A DNA stretch of 64,000 nt, taken from contig JBKBWZ010000003.1 of NCBI GenBank assembly GCA_046314385.1, forward strand, positions 26,306 through 90,305, in the 5' to 3' direction. This stretch comes from Alphaproteobacteria bacterium (GTDB taxonomy: Bacteria > Pseudomonadota > Alphaproteobacteria > Micavibrionales > UBA2020). This document shows, piece after piece, positions 29,875-39,501 of the stretch (within the stretch, counting starts at the first letter, position 1; each line of letters opens with the position of its first letter). The notes under the pieces are model-generated. The model worked only from the letters and a program-made list of their open reading frames with translations, was not told the origin of the DNA and made no database searches. The translations under genes were made by a program, and so were the position numbers.

Positions 29875-32013
29875 TTAGAAAGACAGCTCGGCGATCATCT
29901 TGTTCAAATCCCCCTCCAGCTTTTGGCGCTGCGTCGCCAGCTGGTCGCGCATGGCATCGATCCTGGAGATTTGATCTTCCTGTTCGTTCAGTTTTTTCAG
30001 GTAACGCTGCTGCACATCCGATGTGCCGCTAAGACTTCGCAGGTTCTCGCGCACGCGCTGCTGGTCCTGAAAGATCGTATTGCGCTGGCGGTCAAGTTCC
30101 TGCGATTTACGGTCGATCTCGTCCATTGATTTGCGCACATCGGCCATGCGGGCGAAGGCCTTGCGTGCACCGGCATCGATCTGCCCGCGGCTGGTGGCAT
30201 AGGCCACAAGCTGCTGGGTCGAAAAGCTGGCGATTGTATAGCTTTGCCAGCCCTGATGTTCCAGCACGACGCTAAAGGTTTTCTTTTCACCCGCCTTGAC
30301 CGGTACGCGCACGCGGTAATGCGTTTCGGTCACTTCGACATCTTTGGGGTCGGGGGAGACGATCTGATAGTCACCCATGCGCGGATGTTCGATGACGACG
30401 GTGCGTTCTTCTTTTTCCGGCGCCTTGATCGTATAGACGGTTTCCTGACGCGTGGTCATGGCCGTGCGCATGACGCCTTGCGCGACGCTGATGCGGCCTT
30501 CGGTGGAGCGGCTTTTCTGTTCGCGGTCAATGGTGGTTTTGGAGTCAAGCGCATAAGACACCATCCGTTTATCGCCGCGCGCGACAACCGGCAGGTTGGC
30601 GTCACCGACAAAGCTGGTGCCTTTCAGCAGCGCGCTTTCTTCGTAGAGCGTCAGAACGCCGGGGGGCAGCCCCGTGTCGCCGTCGTTTTTCATTTCAACG
30701 GCGGCAAGCGGGTGGCGCGGGTGGGTATCGGGCTGATACAGCGCGACACGCTCCATCGGCACTTCGCGGCTGACAAAGGGCAGCATCATCGATTGGCCGG
30801 ATTTAAGGCTGAAGCGGTCAGGGAAGCGGAACAGCACCTGCGTCGTTGCCTCGGCGCTTTGCGCGGCACTCGCCGCCTGCGCGACATTGCTCATACCGCC
30901 ATAGCCGCCGGAAGCAAAAGAGGCATCCCCCTCGTAAGACGCGCTATCGGCTGCCATTTCCATGGCCTGCATACGCGTGCGCTCTGCGCGCCCGCTCATC
31001 GCTTTCATCATCGCCGGTGCGGGTGCGGCCGGCGCACCACCCACGACGTTGCCGTAGTCACGGCGTTCCATGTCGCGTGCCGTGCTGACGGCGCCGCTAT
31101 CGGTGCGCGGCATCACGCGGCCGAAGACCTGCACGGGAATTTCGGGACGCGGCACATAGTATGATTCATAGAGCGACTGACGGAAAGTCACGGGGTTGCC
31201 GGACACCAGCGTCATATCGACATTGTTCCAGTCACTGGCCGTCATGTTTTCGACCACGGCCCAGCCTTGCAGCAGACCTTTTTTATCTTTGCCCTCACCC
31301 TCGGGCAGCACAAGGCGGTAGGCGGTTTTCCACAGCGGCGCATCGACCACATAGGATAGCGTCACGGGGCGCGCACCTTCGCCGGGCAGCGATACCGTGA
31401 GCATGCGCCGCTCCGACGTACCGTTCTCGCGGATGCTGTCGAGGGCGCGGGCAATCTCGCCCCTGATTTTTGCGTCGTCAAAAGAAATCGACTGCAAATC
31501 TTCGAGCAGCGCCTGACGCATCCCCTCGGATGTCATCACGCTGATGCGGTGCTTGGTCACGGTCTTGTTATCATCCAGCGACACCTGCTCCGGCTTGACC
31601 TGTACGATCTTGCCGGTGATGGCGGCATTGCCGCCGCCTTTCAGCGTGATCGACGCGCCCTGATAAGCGTTGAGCAGCAGCATCGGGTTCGACAGCTGCG
31701 CCTGAGAAAAAGGAAGATCTTTGAAAACCTGCTCCAGCGGTTTCTTGCCCGGCAGCGTCACGCCACCCAGCCTGCCCTTCTTGTCAAAGATGATCAGGCT
31801 TTTGAGAATGTCATCCACCTGTTCGAAGCGCACGGGGAATTCGACGGTGGCGTTGTCCTTGACCTGCATCTTGTGCACAAAATTCGCAAGACCGGAGGTA
31901 GAGAGGACGACGCGGTCAACCGGAATTTCCCCCGTCCCCTCGGCGCGCGCGCCGGAAAGCGCGCTGGTGGACAACAGGGCAGCGATCAGCACGGTGGCGG
32001 CAAATCTTTTCAT
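29875..32013 (-). CDS. Secreted DUF4139-domain protein with a C-terminal coiled coil
   Basis: AGGAG RBS; signal peptide; DDILKSL, YVVDAPLWKTAYRL, GWAVVEN..DW and LPPGVLTLY motifs. Confidence 0.85.
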   Translation of the reverse strand: MKRFAATVLIAALLSTSALSGARAEGTGEIPVDRVVLSTSGLANFVHKMQVKDNATVEFPVRFEQVDDILKSLIIFDKKGRLGGVTLPGKKPLEQVFKDLPFSQAQLSNPMLLLNAYQGASITLKGGGNAAITGKIVQVKPEQVSLDDNKTVTKHRISVMTSEGMRQALLEDLQSISFDDAKIRGEIARALDSIRENGTSERRMLTVSLPGEGARPVTLSYVVDAPLWKTAYRLVLPEGEGKDKKGLLQGWAVVENMTASDWNNVDMTLVSGNPVTFRQSLYESYYVPRPEIPVQVFGRVMPRTDSGAVSTARDMERRDYGNVVGGAPAAPAPAMMKAMSGRAERTRMQAMEMAADSASYEGDASFASGGYGGMSNVAQAASAAQSAEATTQVLFRFPDRFSLKSGQSMMLPFVSREVPMERVALYQPDTHPRHPLAAVEMKNDGDTGLPPGVLTLYEESALLKGTSFVGDANLPVVARGDKRMVSYALDSKTTIDREQKSRSTEGRISVAQGVMRTAMTTRQETVYTIKAPEKEERTVVIEHPRMGDYQIVSPDPKDVEVTETHYRVRVPVKAGEKKTFSVVLEHQGWQSYTIASFSTQQLVAYATSRGQIDAGARKAFARMADVRKSMDEIDRKSQELDRQRNTIFQDQQRVRENLRSLSGTSDVQQRYLKKLNEQEDQISRIDAMRDQLATQRQKLEGDLNKMIAELSF

Positions 32014-32155
32014 GATAAATCTCCTAAAAGAGCGAACTACAGGATGGGACGACGCAGCCGCTGAATTCCTTGGGTGGCGGGGCAATAAATTTCTAACCCC
32101 CTCGCATTCAAGCAAAAAAGGGTGAAGAAAGCCTAAATTAGACCGTCCCCGAAGC

Positions 32156-32953
32156 CTAGAGCACAAAATAAACCAGCAGGAAGCCGCCAAGGAACAGGCG
32201 ATAAAAAACAAAAGGCATCAATCCGGCGCGTTTCAGCCAGACCATCATAAAATGAATGGCAAAAAGCCCCGCCAGAAACGACAGGCCAATCGCGGTAAAA
32301 GCCTGATGCCAGAGGCCGGGGTTGTCGGCTTCGAACAGCTCTTTGATCCCCATCGCGCCCGCGCCGGCCGTGGCCGGAATGCCGAGCAAAAAGGACAGCC
32401 GTGCCGCTTCTACCCGTTCATAACCCAAAAACCGCGCTGCCGTCATGGTCACGCCGCTGCGGCTGGTGCCGGGAATCAGTGCCAGCGCCTGCGCACAGCC
32501 AATAATAAGGACGCGCGCGAGGGTGCTGTCGGCGATTTTAAGCTCCCGCTTGCCAAACATATCGGCAAGCCCCATCAGCAGGCCGAAAAACAGCGTCGTC
32601 GCCGTAATCACCGCAATGCTGCGGATACCATCAGGAAAAACGACATGTATCAGCGCGCCGAAAGCAAAAGCCGGAATACTGCCAAGGGCGATATACCAGC
32701 CCAGATTGCGCGCCTGCGGATTTTTGGCGCGGCGGCCCTGCAGGACGCTCCAGCCGATATGCCAGACATCGCGGCGGTAATATAAAAGCACGGCCAGCAG
32801 CGTGCCGATATGCAGCGCAACATCGATCAGGATTCCCTGATCAACCTCCCCCAAAAGACGGGGTGCCAGCACCAAATGCCCGCTGGAGCTGACCGGCAGG
32901 AATTCAGTAAGCCCCTGAAGGGCGGCGAGGATCAAAAGCTGAAAAAACGTCAT
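32156..32953 (-). CDS. uppP: Undecaprenyl-diphosphate phosphatase
   Basis: QGLTEFLPVSSSGH and PGTSRSGVT motifs. Confidence 0.97.
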   Translation of the reverse strand: MTFFQLLILAALQGLTEFLPVSSSGHLVLAPRLLGEVDQGILIDVALHIGTLLAVLLYYRRDVWHIGWSVLQGRRAKNPQARNLGWYIALGSIPAFAFGALIHVVFPDGIRSIAVITATTLFFGLLMGLADMFGKRELKIADSTLARVLIIGCAQALALIPGTSRSGVTMTAARFLGYERVEAARLSFLLGIPATAGAGAMGIKELFEADNPGLWHQAFTAIGLSFLAGLFAIHFMMVWLKRAGLMPFVFYRLFLGGFLLVYFVL

Positions 32954-33127
32954 AGTATGAATGATTTAGCACTGATTTCCCCCGGCTGTCATGCGTTTTC
33001 TGGCATGAAGCACCGAATAAATTTGCACCAAAATTATTAACCATAATATTTTTCACTTAGCTTTTTGCCGAGAATCCTGTATGTTCTATCACCATGAGGC
33101 TGCAAACGGCAGCAAGGGAAGCAACAG

Positions 33128-33679
33128 GTGCGCACAATGTTTTATGTGTCTTTCGCCAAAAAATTCGACCAGCGCTGGGCAAAAATCAAGGCCGACATGA
33201 TGCCCGTGCTGAAAATGGCCTATAAACAGGCCGTTGACGGATACATCAATTTCCACAAGCGCAGCACAATCCTTCTCAAGGCTTTTTGCCACAATGCGGT
33301 CAATATCTGCATGGGCCTGAGCCTGAAAAGCTTTGCCGCGCTGACGTTGCTGCCCGCTGTGCTGATTTTTGCCACCGTTGACTTGTCTTCGCGCGGTGAA
33401 AAAGACGCGCAGAAAATGAAAGCCACCATTGCGGCGCAACTGCAAAACACACGCAGCAATACGCAAACCACGCATGCGGGTATAGATATGCAGCAACAAA
33501 AGCTAGACAGCAAAGATACACATCTGCTCGCAGGCGGTGCGCCCAAAATAGCCCCCCCTATTTTATCTAGCGATGCCTTCTTGGCTTTCACGCAGGAAAC
33601 CCAGACGGCGCGCGATGCAGCCCTCTATTTGGAAGAGGCAAGCAAAGCCGCAAAAATCGAGCCCGCGGCCGGCCGATAA
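33128..33679 (+). CDS. Hypothetical single-pass membrane protein ending in IEPAAG
   Basis: One TM segment; C-terminus AAKIEPAAGR; start uncertain (GTG 33128 or ATG 33137). Confidence 0.7.
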   Translation: MRTMFYVSFAKKFDQRWAKIKADMMPVLKMAYKQAVDGYINFHKRSTILLKAFCHNAVNICMGLSLKSFAALTLLPAVLIFATVDLSSRGEKDAQKMKATIAAQLQNTRSNTQTTHAGIDMQQQKLDSKDTHLLAGGAPKIAPPILSSDAFLAFTQETQTARDAALYLEEASKAAKIEPAAGR

Positions 33680-33788
33680 CCCCCTTCAAAAATCACCTAA
33701 TCACCTGATAAATCACATTTCTTGGCGGGTGCTTTTTGGCCTGAAGTATGCTATAACATTCTCGGGTTCAACTGCTCAGGGAAGCATC

Positions 33789-34040
33789 ATGCTTTTTTTG
33801 AAAAAGATTTGCCAAAGCCTGACCTTCAAATGTTTTGGCGCCTTGGCGTGCGGTATTGCCGCGGTCACGCTGATCACGCTGGAGCTGGCACAAATCGGAC
33901 TGGATGAAGAAGTCCCGACCGAGCTGGCCGAAAGCCATATCCTCCGCTTCCCCGAAAACGAAGATACGCTGCGCGCCATGAGCGCGCGCCTGCTGCAAAG
34001 CGCCGAAGCCGCGCAGATCGAACCTGCCGGCGGCGAATAA
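33789..34040 (+). CDS. Small hypothetical membrane-anchored protein ending in IEPAGG
   Basis: AGGGAAG RBS before ATG 33789; N-terminal TM segment; C-terminus AAQIEPAGGE. Confidence 0.7.
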   Translation: MLFLKKICQSLTFKCFGALACGIAAVTLITLELAQIGLDEEVPTELAESHILRFPENEDTLRAMSARLLQSAEAAQIEPAGGE

Positions 34041-34054
34041 GACAGCCCGAAAAT

Positions 34055-34092
34055 AAAAAAACGCCCGCTGGATAAAACCGGCGGGCGTTTTT
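34055..34092. terminator. Bidirectional intrinsic terminator
   Basis: AAAAAAACGCCCGCTGG-ATAAAA-CCGGCGGGCGTTTTT. Confidence 0.85.
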
Positions 34093-34109
34093 GTTTTATG
34101 CCGCAAAAA

Positions 34110-35126
34110 TCAAAGGTATTTTTCAGCCAGCACTTCGGCGATCTGTACCGCATTGGTCGCCGCGCCTTTGCGCAGGTTGTCGGAGACGACCCACATCACC
34201 AGACCGTTTTTCACCGAAGGGTCTTTACGAATGCGGCTGACATAGACCGCATCTTCGCCGGCAATTTCGGCAGGCGTCACGAAACCGTCTTCCGGATCGG
34301 GGCGGTCAATGACGACGACACCAGGCGCTTTTTGCAGTGCCTTGCGCGCCGCGGCCACCGTGACGGGTTTTTTGAATTCGACATGCACCGCTTCGCTATG
34401 GCCGACAAAAACCGGCACGCGCACGCAGGAAGCAACCACTTCGATATCCTTGCCGAGGATTTTTTTCGTCTCGACGCGCATTTTCCATTCTTCTTTGGTT
34501 TGGCCGTCATCCATAAATTTATCAATCTGCGGAATGACGTTAAAAGAAATCTGTTTGGCAAAAACTTCGCGCTTTGGCACGGTGTTGGAATAAAGCGCGC
34601 GGGTCTGGTTGAACAGCTCGTCCATCGCTTCCTTGCCTGCGCCCGACACGGATTGATAGGTCGCCACCACCACGCGGGTGATTGTGCCCAGATCATGCAG
34701 CGGCTTCAGCGCCACCACCATCTGAATGGTGGAGCAATTGGGATTGGCGATGATGCCTTTCTTTTTATATTTTTTGATGTCTTCCGGATTAACTTCAGGC
34801 ACAACCAGCGGGACATCTTTGTCCATACGGAAGAAAGACGAATTGTCGATAACGACAGCACCCGCCTTGGCGGCCTTGGGCGCAAATTTTTCAGAGACGT
34901 CGGAGCCGGCGGAAGCCAGCACGATATCGATGCCTTTAAAATTGAATTTATCGAGCGCCTGGATTTTCAGCACATCGTCTTCGCCAAACGAAACCTCTTT
35001 GCCCGCACTACGGGCGGAAGCAACGGCATGTACTTCGGCGACCGGAAAATTCCGCTCCACCAAAACGTTCAGCATTTCGCGCCCGACATTGCCGGTGGCG
35101 CCGACCACGGCGATTTTATAAGCCAT
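34110..35126 (-). CDS. asd: Aspartate-semialdehyde dehydrogenase
   Basis: VVGATGNVG, IANPNCSTIQ, CVRVPV..GHS and DNLRKGAA motifs. Confidence 0.98.
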   Translation of the reverse strand: MAYKIAVVGATGNVGREMLNVLVERNFPVAEVHAVASARSAGKEVSFGEDDVLKIQALDKFNFKGIDIVLASAGSDVSEKFAPKAAKAGAVVIDNSSFFRMDKDVPLVVPEVNPEDIKKYKKKGIIANPNCSTIQMVVALKPLHDLGTITRVVVATYQSVSGAGKEAMDELFNQTRALYSNTVPKREVFAKQISFNVIPQIDKFMDDGQTKEEWKMRVETKKILGKDIEVVASCVRVPVFVGHSEAVHVEFKKPVTVAAARKALQKAPGVVVIDRPDPEDGFVTPAEIAGEDAVYVSRIRKDPSVKNGLVMWVVSDNLRKGAATNAVQIAEVLAEKYL

Positions 35127-35239
35127 TTTTATTACCCTCGTTATCGTGATTGCGTCTTTTGCCTGCTCCGGATCGAAGCTGGCCGATTATAAGGGGATTC
35201 CGTTAAAGAGGGGAAGCGGATTCGCGCCCGCCGCCGCGT

Positions 35240-35950
35240 TTATTGCGCCGCGAGCAGGTGATAGTAGACGTAGTCCCCTTCCGCGCCATTGCGCACGCAG
35301 GCAGCGCTGGGGCTGCTGCTTTGCCCTTCGGCGTCGATCGGCTTGCCGTGTGCCGAAAACGTCCATGGATTCAAACCGGCGCGCGCGTCCTTGTCGGCGG
35401 GTGTGGCAAAATCGACCGCAACGGATTCAACCCGCGGCAAGGGCGGCAAGCCTAAATTACGGTTGAGACGTTCACACAGCGCCAGCGGGACGCCCGACAG
35501 ATAGGCAAAAACATCTTTGCCCGCTGCATCGTCACTGCCAAGACCGGCGATAAACCAGCCTTCACCCTGCGCCGTGACGGTTTTGAACATCCAGCGGCCG
35601 CCGCCTTCCAGCAGGCCTGCGGGCGGTGTCTGATAGCGGACGCCGCCGCCCCTTTTGTGAAAAACGGCATGCTCGCCGATCCCCTGCGGCGAGAAATCGA
35701 TTTTAGACAGTGCCACGCCGTCGTTTTGCAGGCGCGCCACGCCGGCGCGCACGGTGGCGGGGAATTGCATGATCTGCGCAGTCACTATCTGTGCGCTTTC
35801 GTTGCGCAGCGCCGTGTCGCGCGTTTGCTGATAGGCATAATAAAGGCCGCCGGTGATCATCGCGGCCATCAACAGAACCAACAGGGTCGTCCGGTTATTT
35901 TGTCTTGCTGCACCCGCCGGCTTTACGTCATCAAGATCGTCCGTCAGCAT
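35240..35950 (-). CDS. Pilin-like hypothetical protein
   Basis: N-terminal TM helix then amphipathic helix, VFHKRGGG, and two C-terminal Cys. Confidence 0.55.
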   Translation of the reverse strand: MLTDDLDDVKPAGAARQNNRTTLLVLLMAAMITGGLYYAYQQTRDTALRNESAQIVTAQIMQFPATVRAGVARLQNDGVALSKIDFSPQGIGEHAVFHKRGGGVRYQTPPAGLLEGGGRWMFKTVTAQGEGWFIAGLGSDDAAGKDVFAYLSGVPLALCERLNRNLGLPPLPRVESVAVDFATPADKDARAGLNPWTFSAHGKPIDAEGQSSSPSAACVRNGAEGDYVYYHLLAAQ

Positions 35951-35955
35951 ATCGA

Positions 35956-36237
35956 TCAGCGCTTTGCGGGCTGTGGCGCGCGCTCCGGTGCGGGGGCGGG
36001 CATGCGGCGAATGGCGTCCTGCGGGTTTTGCTCTGCCTGAAAGGAGGGCTCTTCGTCCAGCGGCGCGTCCGGATATTCAACGGCCACACCCTCTTCATCG
36101 CCGCCGCTCCAGCCTTCTTCGTCGGCGGGCATGTATTTCATCATTTTTTGGGCTTCGGCATCGGATGCCTGCGCGGCAGCAGGCACGGCCAGCGCCGTCG
36201 TCGTTAAAAAGAGGGCAACAAGCAAAAAACGTTTCAT
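35956..36237 (-). CDS. Small secreted acidic, low-complexity protein
   Basis: MKRFLLVALF... signal peptide ending AQA. Confidence 0.65.
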   Translation of the reverse strand: MKRFLLVALFLTTTALAVPAAAQASDAEAQKMMKYMPADEEGWSGGDEEGVAVEYPDAPLDEEPSFQAEQNPQDAIRRMPAPAPERAPQPAKR

Positions 36238-36482
36238 AAAAAAATTCCCAGACCTTGCGGCCTGCCCCTGACAAAAATAGACCCGACCAGCATACCCCGA
36301 AGCCTGCGCTGCGTACAATCCGGATTAAAATTACATAACCACAAAGTGCCCTTTGCACGGCGATAATTTTCGGCACCGACACGCTGATCCGCCTTGGGCA
36401 GCGCAGCATGAGCGGCTATAGTGGCATCACCGAGTTAACCCTACGCCGCACAAATACGCGGCATGACCAACGGACGGGACGC

Positions 36483-37745
36483 ATGACCAGAGCGTTTGAA
36501 GCCGCGGGCTTCACGGACGGCAGCCACAGACCGGGACCGCTTGAGGGCGTGCGCGTCCTTGATCTGACCCGTATTCTGGCAGGGCCGAGCGCAACGCAGA
36601 TCCTCGGTGATTACGGCGCAGATATTCTCAAGATCGAAAAACCGGGGCAAGGCGACGACACACGCGGCTGGGGCCCGCCCTATGTACAGGACGCCGCGGG
36701 GCAGGACACGACCGAAAGTTCTTATTACCTTTCGGCCAACCGCAACAAACGCTCCCTCGCCATTGATTTTACCAAGCCGGAAGGTTTGGCGCTTCTCAAA
36801 AAACTTCTCGGCTCCTGCGATATTCTGTTTGAAAACTTCAAGGCTGGCACGCTCGACAAATACGGTCTCGGCTACGCACAGCTCAAAGCCGAATTCCCCC
36901 GCCTTATTTACTGCTCCATCACAGGCTTTGGTCATAGTGGCCCGTATAAAGACCGCGCGGGTTATGATTTTTTGATACAGGGCATGGGCGGCATCATGAG
37001 CCTGACCGGCCCCACCGACGGCCCGCCTTATAAAATCGGTGTCGCCAAGTCTGACCTTGTCTGCGGGCTTTATGCGCTGTCGGCGCTTCTTGCGGCGCTG
37101 TACAGCCGCGAAAAAACCGGCATGGGCCAGTTTATCGATGTGGCGCTTTTGGATACGCAGGTCGCCGCGCTGTCGAATGCGGGGCAATATTACCTGACAT
37201 CGGGCACAGTGACCCCGCGTATGGGCAATGGCCACCCGACGATTGTACCCTACGAAGTTTTTGCTGTGGCCGATGGTTATATCATCCTTGCCGTGGGCAA
37301 CGACCGGCAGTTCCGCGATTTCTGCGATGTGGCCGGACGTATCGATCTGGCCGATGATCCGCGATTTGCCGCCAATAAGGGGCGTGTGCAGAACCGCGAT
37401 CTCTTGCTGCCGCAACTGCGTGAGATCATGGCGCAAAAACCGCGTAGCTGGTGGATGGACGCGCTTGAAAAACGCGCCGTGCCCTGCGGCCCTGTCAATA
37501 CGCTGGATCAGGTTTTTGCCGATGGGCAGGTGCAGGCGCGTGGCATGGTCACGCCGATGCAGCACCCGTTGTCGCCTGCGCCGGTCAACCTGATTGCAAA
37601 CCCCGTAAAATTTTCGGAAACGCCGGTCAGTTACCGCCGTGCGCCGCCGCCGCTGGGCGCGGATACCGATGATGTTCTCAAGACCGAACTGGGCTTGAAC
37701 GAAGCCGAAATTCTTAACCTGCGTCAACAAGGAGTGGTGTCATGA
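36483..37745 (+). CDS. CaiB/BaiF family (class III) CoA-transferase
   Basis: PLEGVRVLDLTRILAGP, GDDTRGWGPP, NRNKRS and CSITGFG motifs. Confidence 0.95.
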   Translation: MTRAFEAAGFTDGSHRPGPLEGVRVLDLTRILAGPSATQILGDYGADILKIEKPGQGDDTRGWGPPYVQDAAGQDTTESSYYLSANRNKRSLAIDFTKPEGLALLKKLLGSCDILFENFKAGTLDKYGLGYAQLKAEFPRLIYCSITGFGHSGPYKDRAGYDFLIQGMGGIMSLTGPTDGPPYKIGVAKSDLVCGLYALSALLAALYSREKTGMGQFIDVALLDTQVAALSNAGQYYLTSGTVTPRMGNGHPTIVPYEVFAVADGYIILAVGNDRQFRDFCDVAGRIDLADDPRFAANKGRVQNRDLLLPQLREIMAQKPRSWWMDALEKRAVPCGPVNTLDQVFADGQVQARGMVTPMQHPLSPAPVNLIANPVKFSETPVSYRRAPPPLGADTDDVLKTELGLNEAEILNLRQQGVVS

Positions 37746-38713
37746 CAATTCTGCAAGCCGGTATCAACAGCGAGAAGAAACCCGTATCCAAACTGCGCAT
37801 CCCGCAGCACGATCTTTTGGGCGTCGACATGCTGGATGCAAACGACATCACGACTATCCTTGATCTGGCCGAATACTATGTGGTGCAGAACCGCCGCCGG
37901 TCGCTGACCAACGTGCTGCTCAAGGGCATGGTGATCGTCAATCTTTTCCTTGAAAATTCTACCCGCACGCGTTTGTCTTTCGATATGGCCGCCAAACGTC
38001 TGGGCGCGGATGTCATCAACATGAGCACCGACGGCTCGTCGATCCTGAAAGGTGAAAGCCTGACCGACACGCTGAAAACCATCAACGCCATGCGCCCCGA
38101 TGTCGTCATCATCCGTCACCGCGGCGAAGGCTCGGCGGAAGAAGCCGCCAAGCTGATCGACGCCCCCGTCATCAATGCCGGTGACGGCACGCGCGAACAT
38201 CCGACGCAGGCGCTTTTGGATGCGCTGACGCTGCGCCGCCATTTCGGCAAACTGGACGGCCTGCATATCGCCATCATCGGTGACATTCTGCACAGCCGCG
38301 TCGCGCACTCCAACCTGCACCTGTTCAAAAAAATGGGTGTCACGCAAAGCTGCATCGGCCCGCGCGAGCTTTTGCCGCTGGGTGTTGACGGCACGCAAGA
38401 CCTTGCCGCCGGTCTGAAGGGCGCGGATGCCGTGATGGTGCTGCGTATCCAGAAAGAACGCCTGAGCGAAAAATTGTCTTTCACCGAAGAAGACTATTTC
38501 AAGACCTATGGCCTGACGAGCGAACGCCTGTCGATGGCCAAAGAAAACGCCGTCATCTTGCACCCGGGGCCCATGAACCGCGGCGTCGAAATTGATGCGG
38601 CGCTGGCCGATGACCCGACGCGCAGCCTGATCACAACACAGGTTGAAATGGGCGTTGCCGTGCGCATGGCCTGCCTTGACCTGCTGACCCGCGGCGCACG
38701 TATCGCCTGCTGA
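37742..38713 (+). CDS. pyrB: Aspartate carbamoyltransferase catalytic subunit
   Basis: ENSTRTR, NAGDG..EHPTQ, LRIQKER and HPGPMNRG motifs. Confidence 0.97.
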   Translation: MTILQAGINSEKKPVSKLRIPQHDLLGVDMLDANDITTILDLAEYYVVQNRRRSLTNVLLKGMVIVNLFLENSTRTRLSFDMAAKRLGADVINMSTDGSSILKGESLTDTLKTINAMRPDVVIIRHRGEGSAEEAAKLIDAPVINAGDGTREHPTQALLDALTLRRHFGKLDGLHIAIIGDILHSRVAHSNLHLFKKMGVTQSCIGPRELLPLGVDGTQDLAAGLKGADAVMVLRIQKERLSEKLSFTEEDYFKTYGLTSERLSMAKENAVILHPGPMNRGVEIDAALADDPTRSLITTQVEMGVAVRMACLDLLTRGARIAC

Positions 38714-39462
38714 TGACGGACAGGCCGCTTACAAGCGCGCTGGATGCGCGTTATACCGCGCTGTGGCAACGCCTCGGGGTTTCGCACCCCGACGTTGCCG
38801 CGGCCGGCGCGCGGCTGCTGACCCTCTACGCCGATCCCGCCCGCGCCTATCACAATCAAACGCATTTGCAGGATGTGCTGGAGAAACTGGACTGGGCAAA
38901 AAATGCGCTGGACCAGAGCGGCGAGCTGCAAGGCCTTACCCCGCCCCTGCGGCAGCGCATGTTTGATACTATCGAACTTGCGCTTTTTTATCATGACGCC
39001 GTTTATGATGCGCGCGCCAAAGACAACGAAGCGCAAAGCCGCGAACTGATGCGCCGCGATGCGCAAATTCTTGGCCTTGACCCGGCCATGATTGCCGATG
39101 CCGCGCGGCTGATCGACCTGACGGCACAGCACGGGCAGGCCGCGCAGCTGGACGAAAAAATTATGGCCGATTGTGATCTGGCCATTCTGGGCGCCGCTGA
39201 ATCCACGTTCAAAAAATACGATGACAATATCCGCCGCGAATACGCCCATGTCCCCGCCCCGCTGTATGCCGCCGGACGCGCCAAGGTGCTGCGCGGGTTT
39301 TTAGACACGCCTGCGCTTTTCAAAACCGCCGCTTTTGCAGCGCAGTATGACGCGCCCGCCCGCCGGAACCTTGGCGCTGCGCTGGCGCCGGTGCCTTTTT
39401 GGCAGCGGCTGCGGCGGTTTGTGGCAAGCCCGCCCCCTGACAGCCATATTGAAAACCCCTGA
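38713..39462 (+). CDS. Predicted metal-dependent HD phosphohydrolase
   Basis: RAYHNQTH, FYHDAVYD, DCDLAIL and IRREYAHV motifs. Confidence 0.88.
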   Translation: MTDRPLTSALDARYTALWQRLGVSHPDVAAAGARLLTLYADPARAYHNQTHLQDVLEKLDWAKNALDQSGELQGLTPPLRQRMFDTIELALFYHDAVYDARAKDNEAQSRELMRRDAQILGLDPAMIADAARLIDLTAQHGQAAQLDEKIMADCDLAILGAAESTFKKYDDNIRREYAHVPAPLYAAGRAKVLRGFLDTPALFKTAAFAAQYDAPARRNLGAALAPVPFWQRLRRFVASPPPDSHIENP

Positions 39463-39501
39463 CAAATCGGCAATAGTGGCGGCCTGTGAAAGGAATTTTA
39501 T

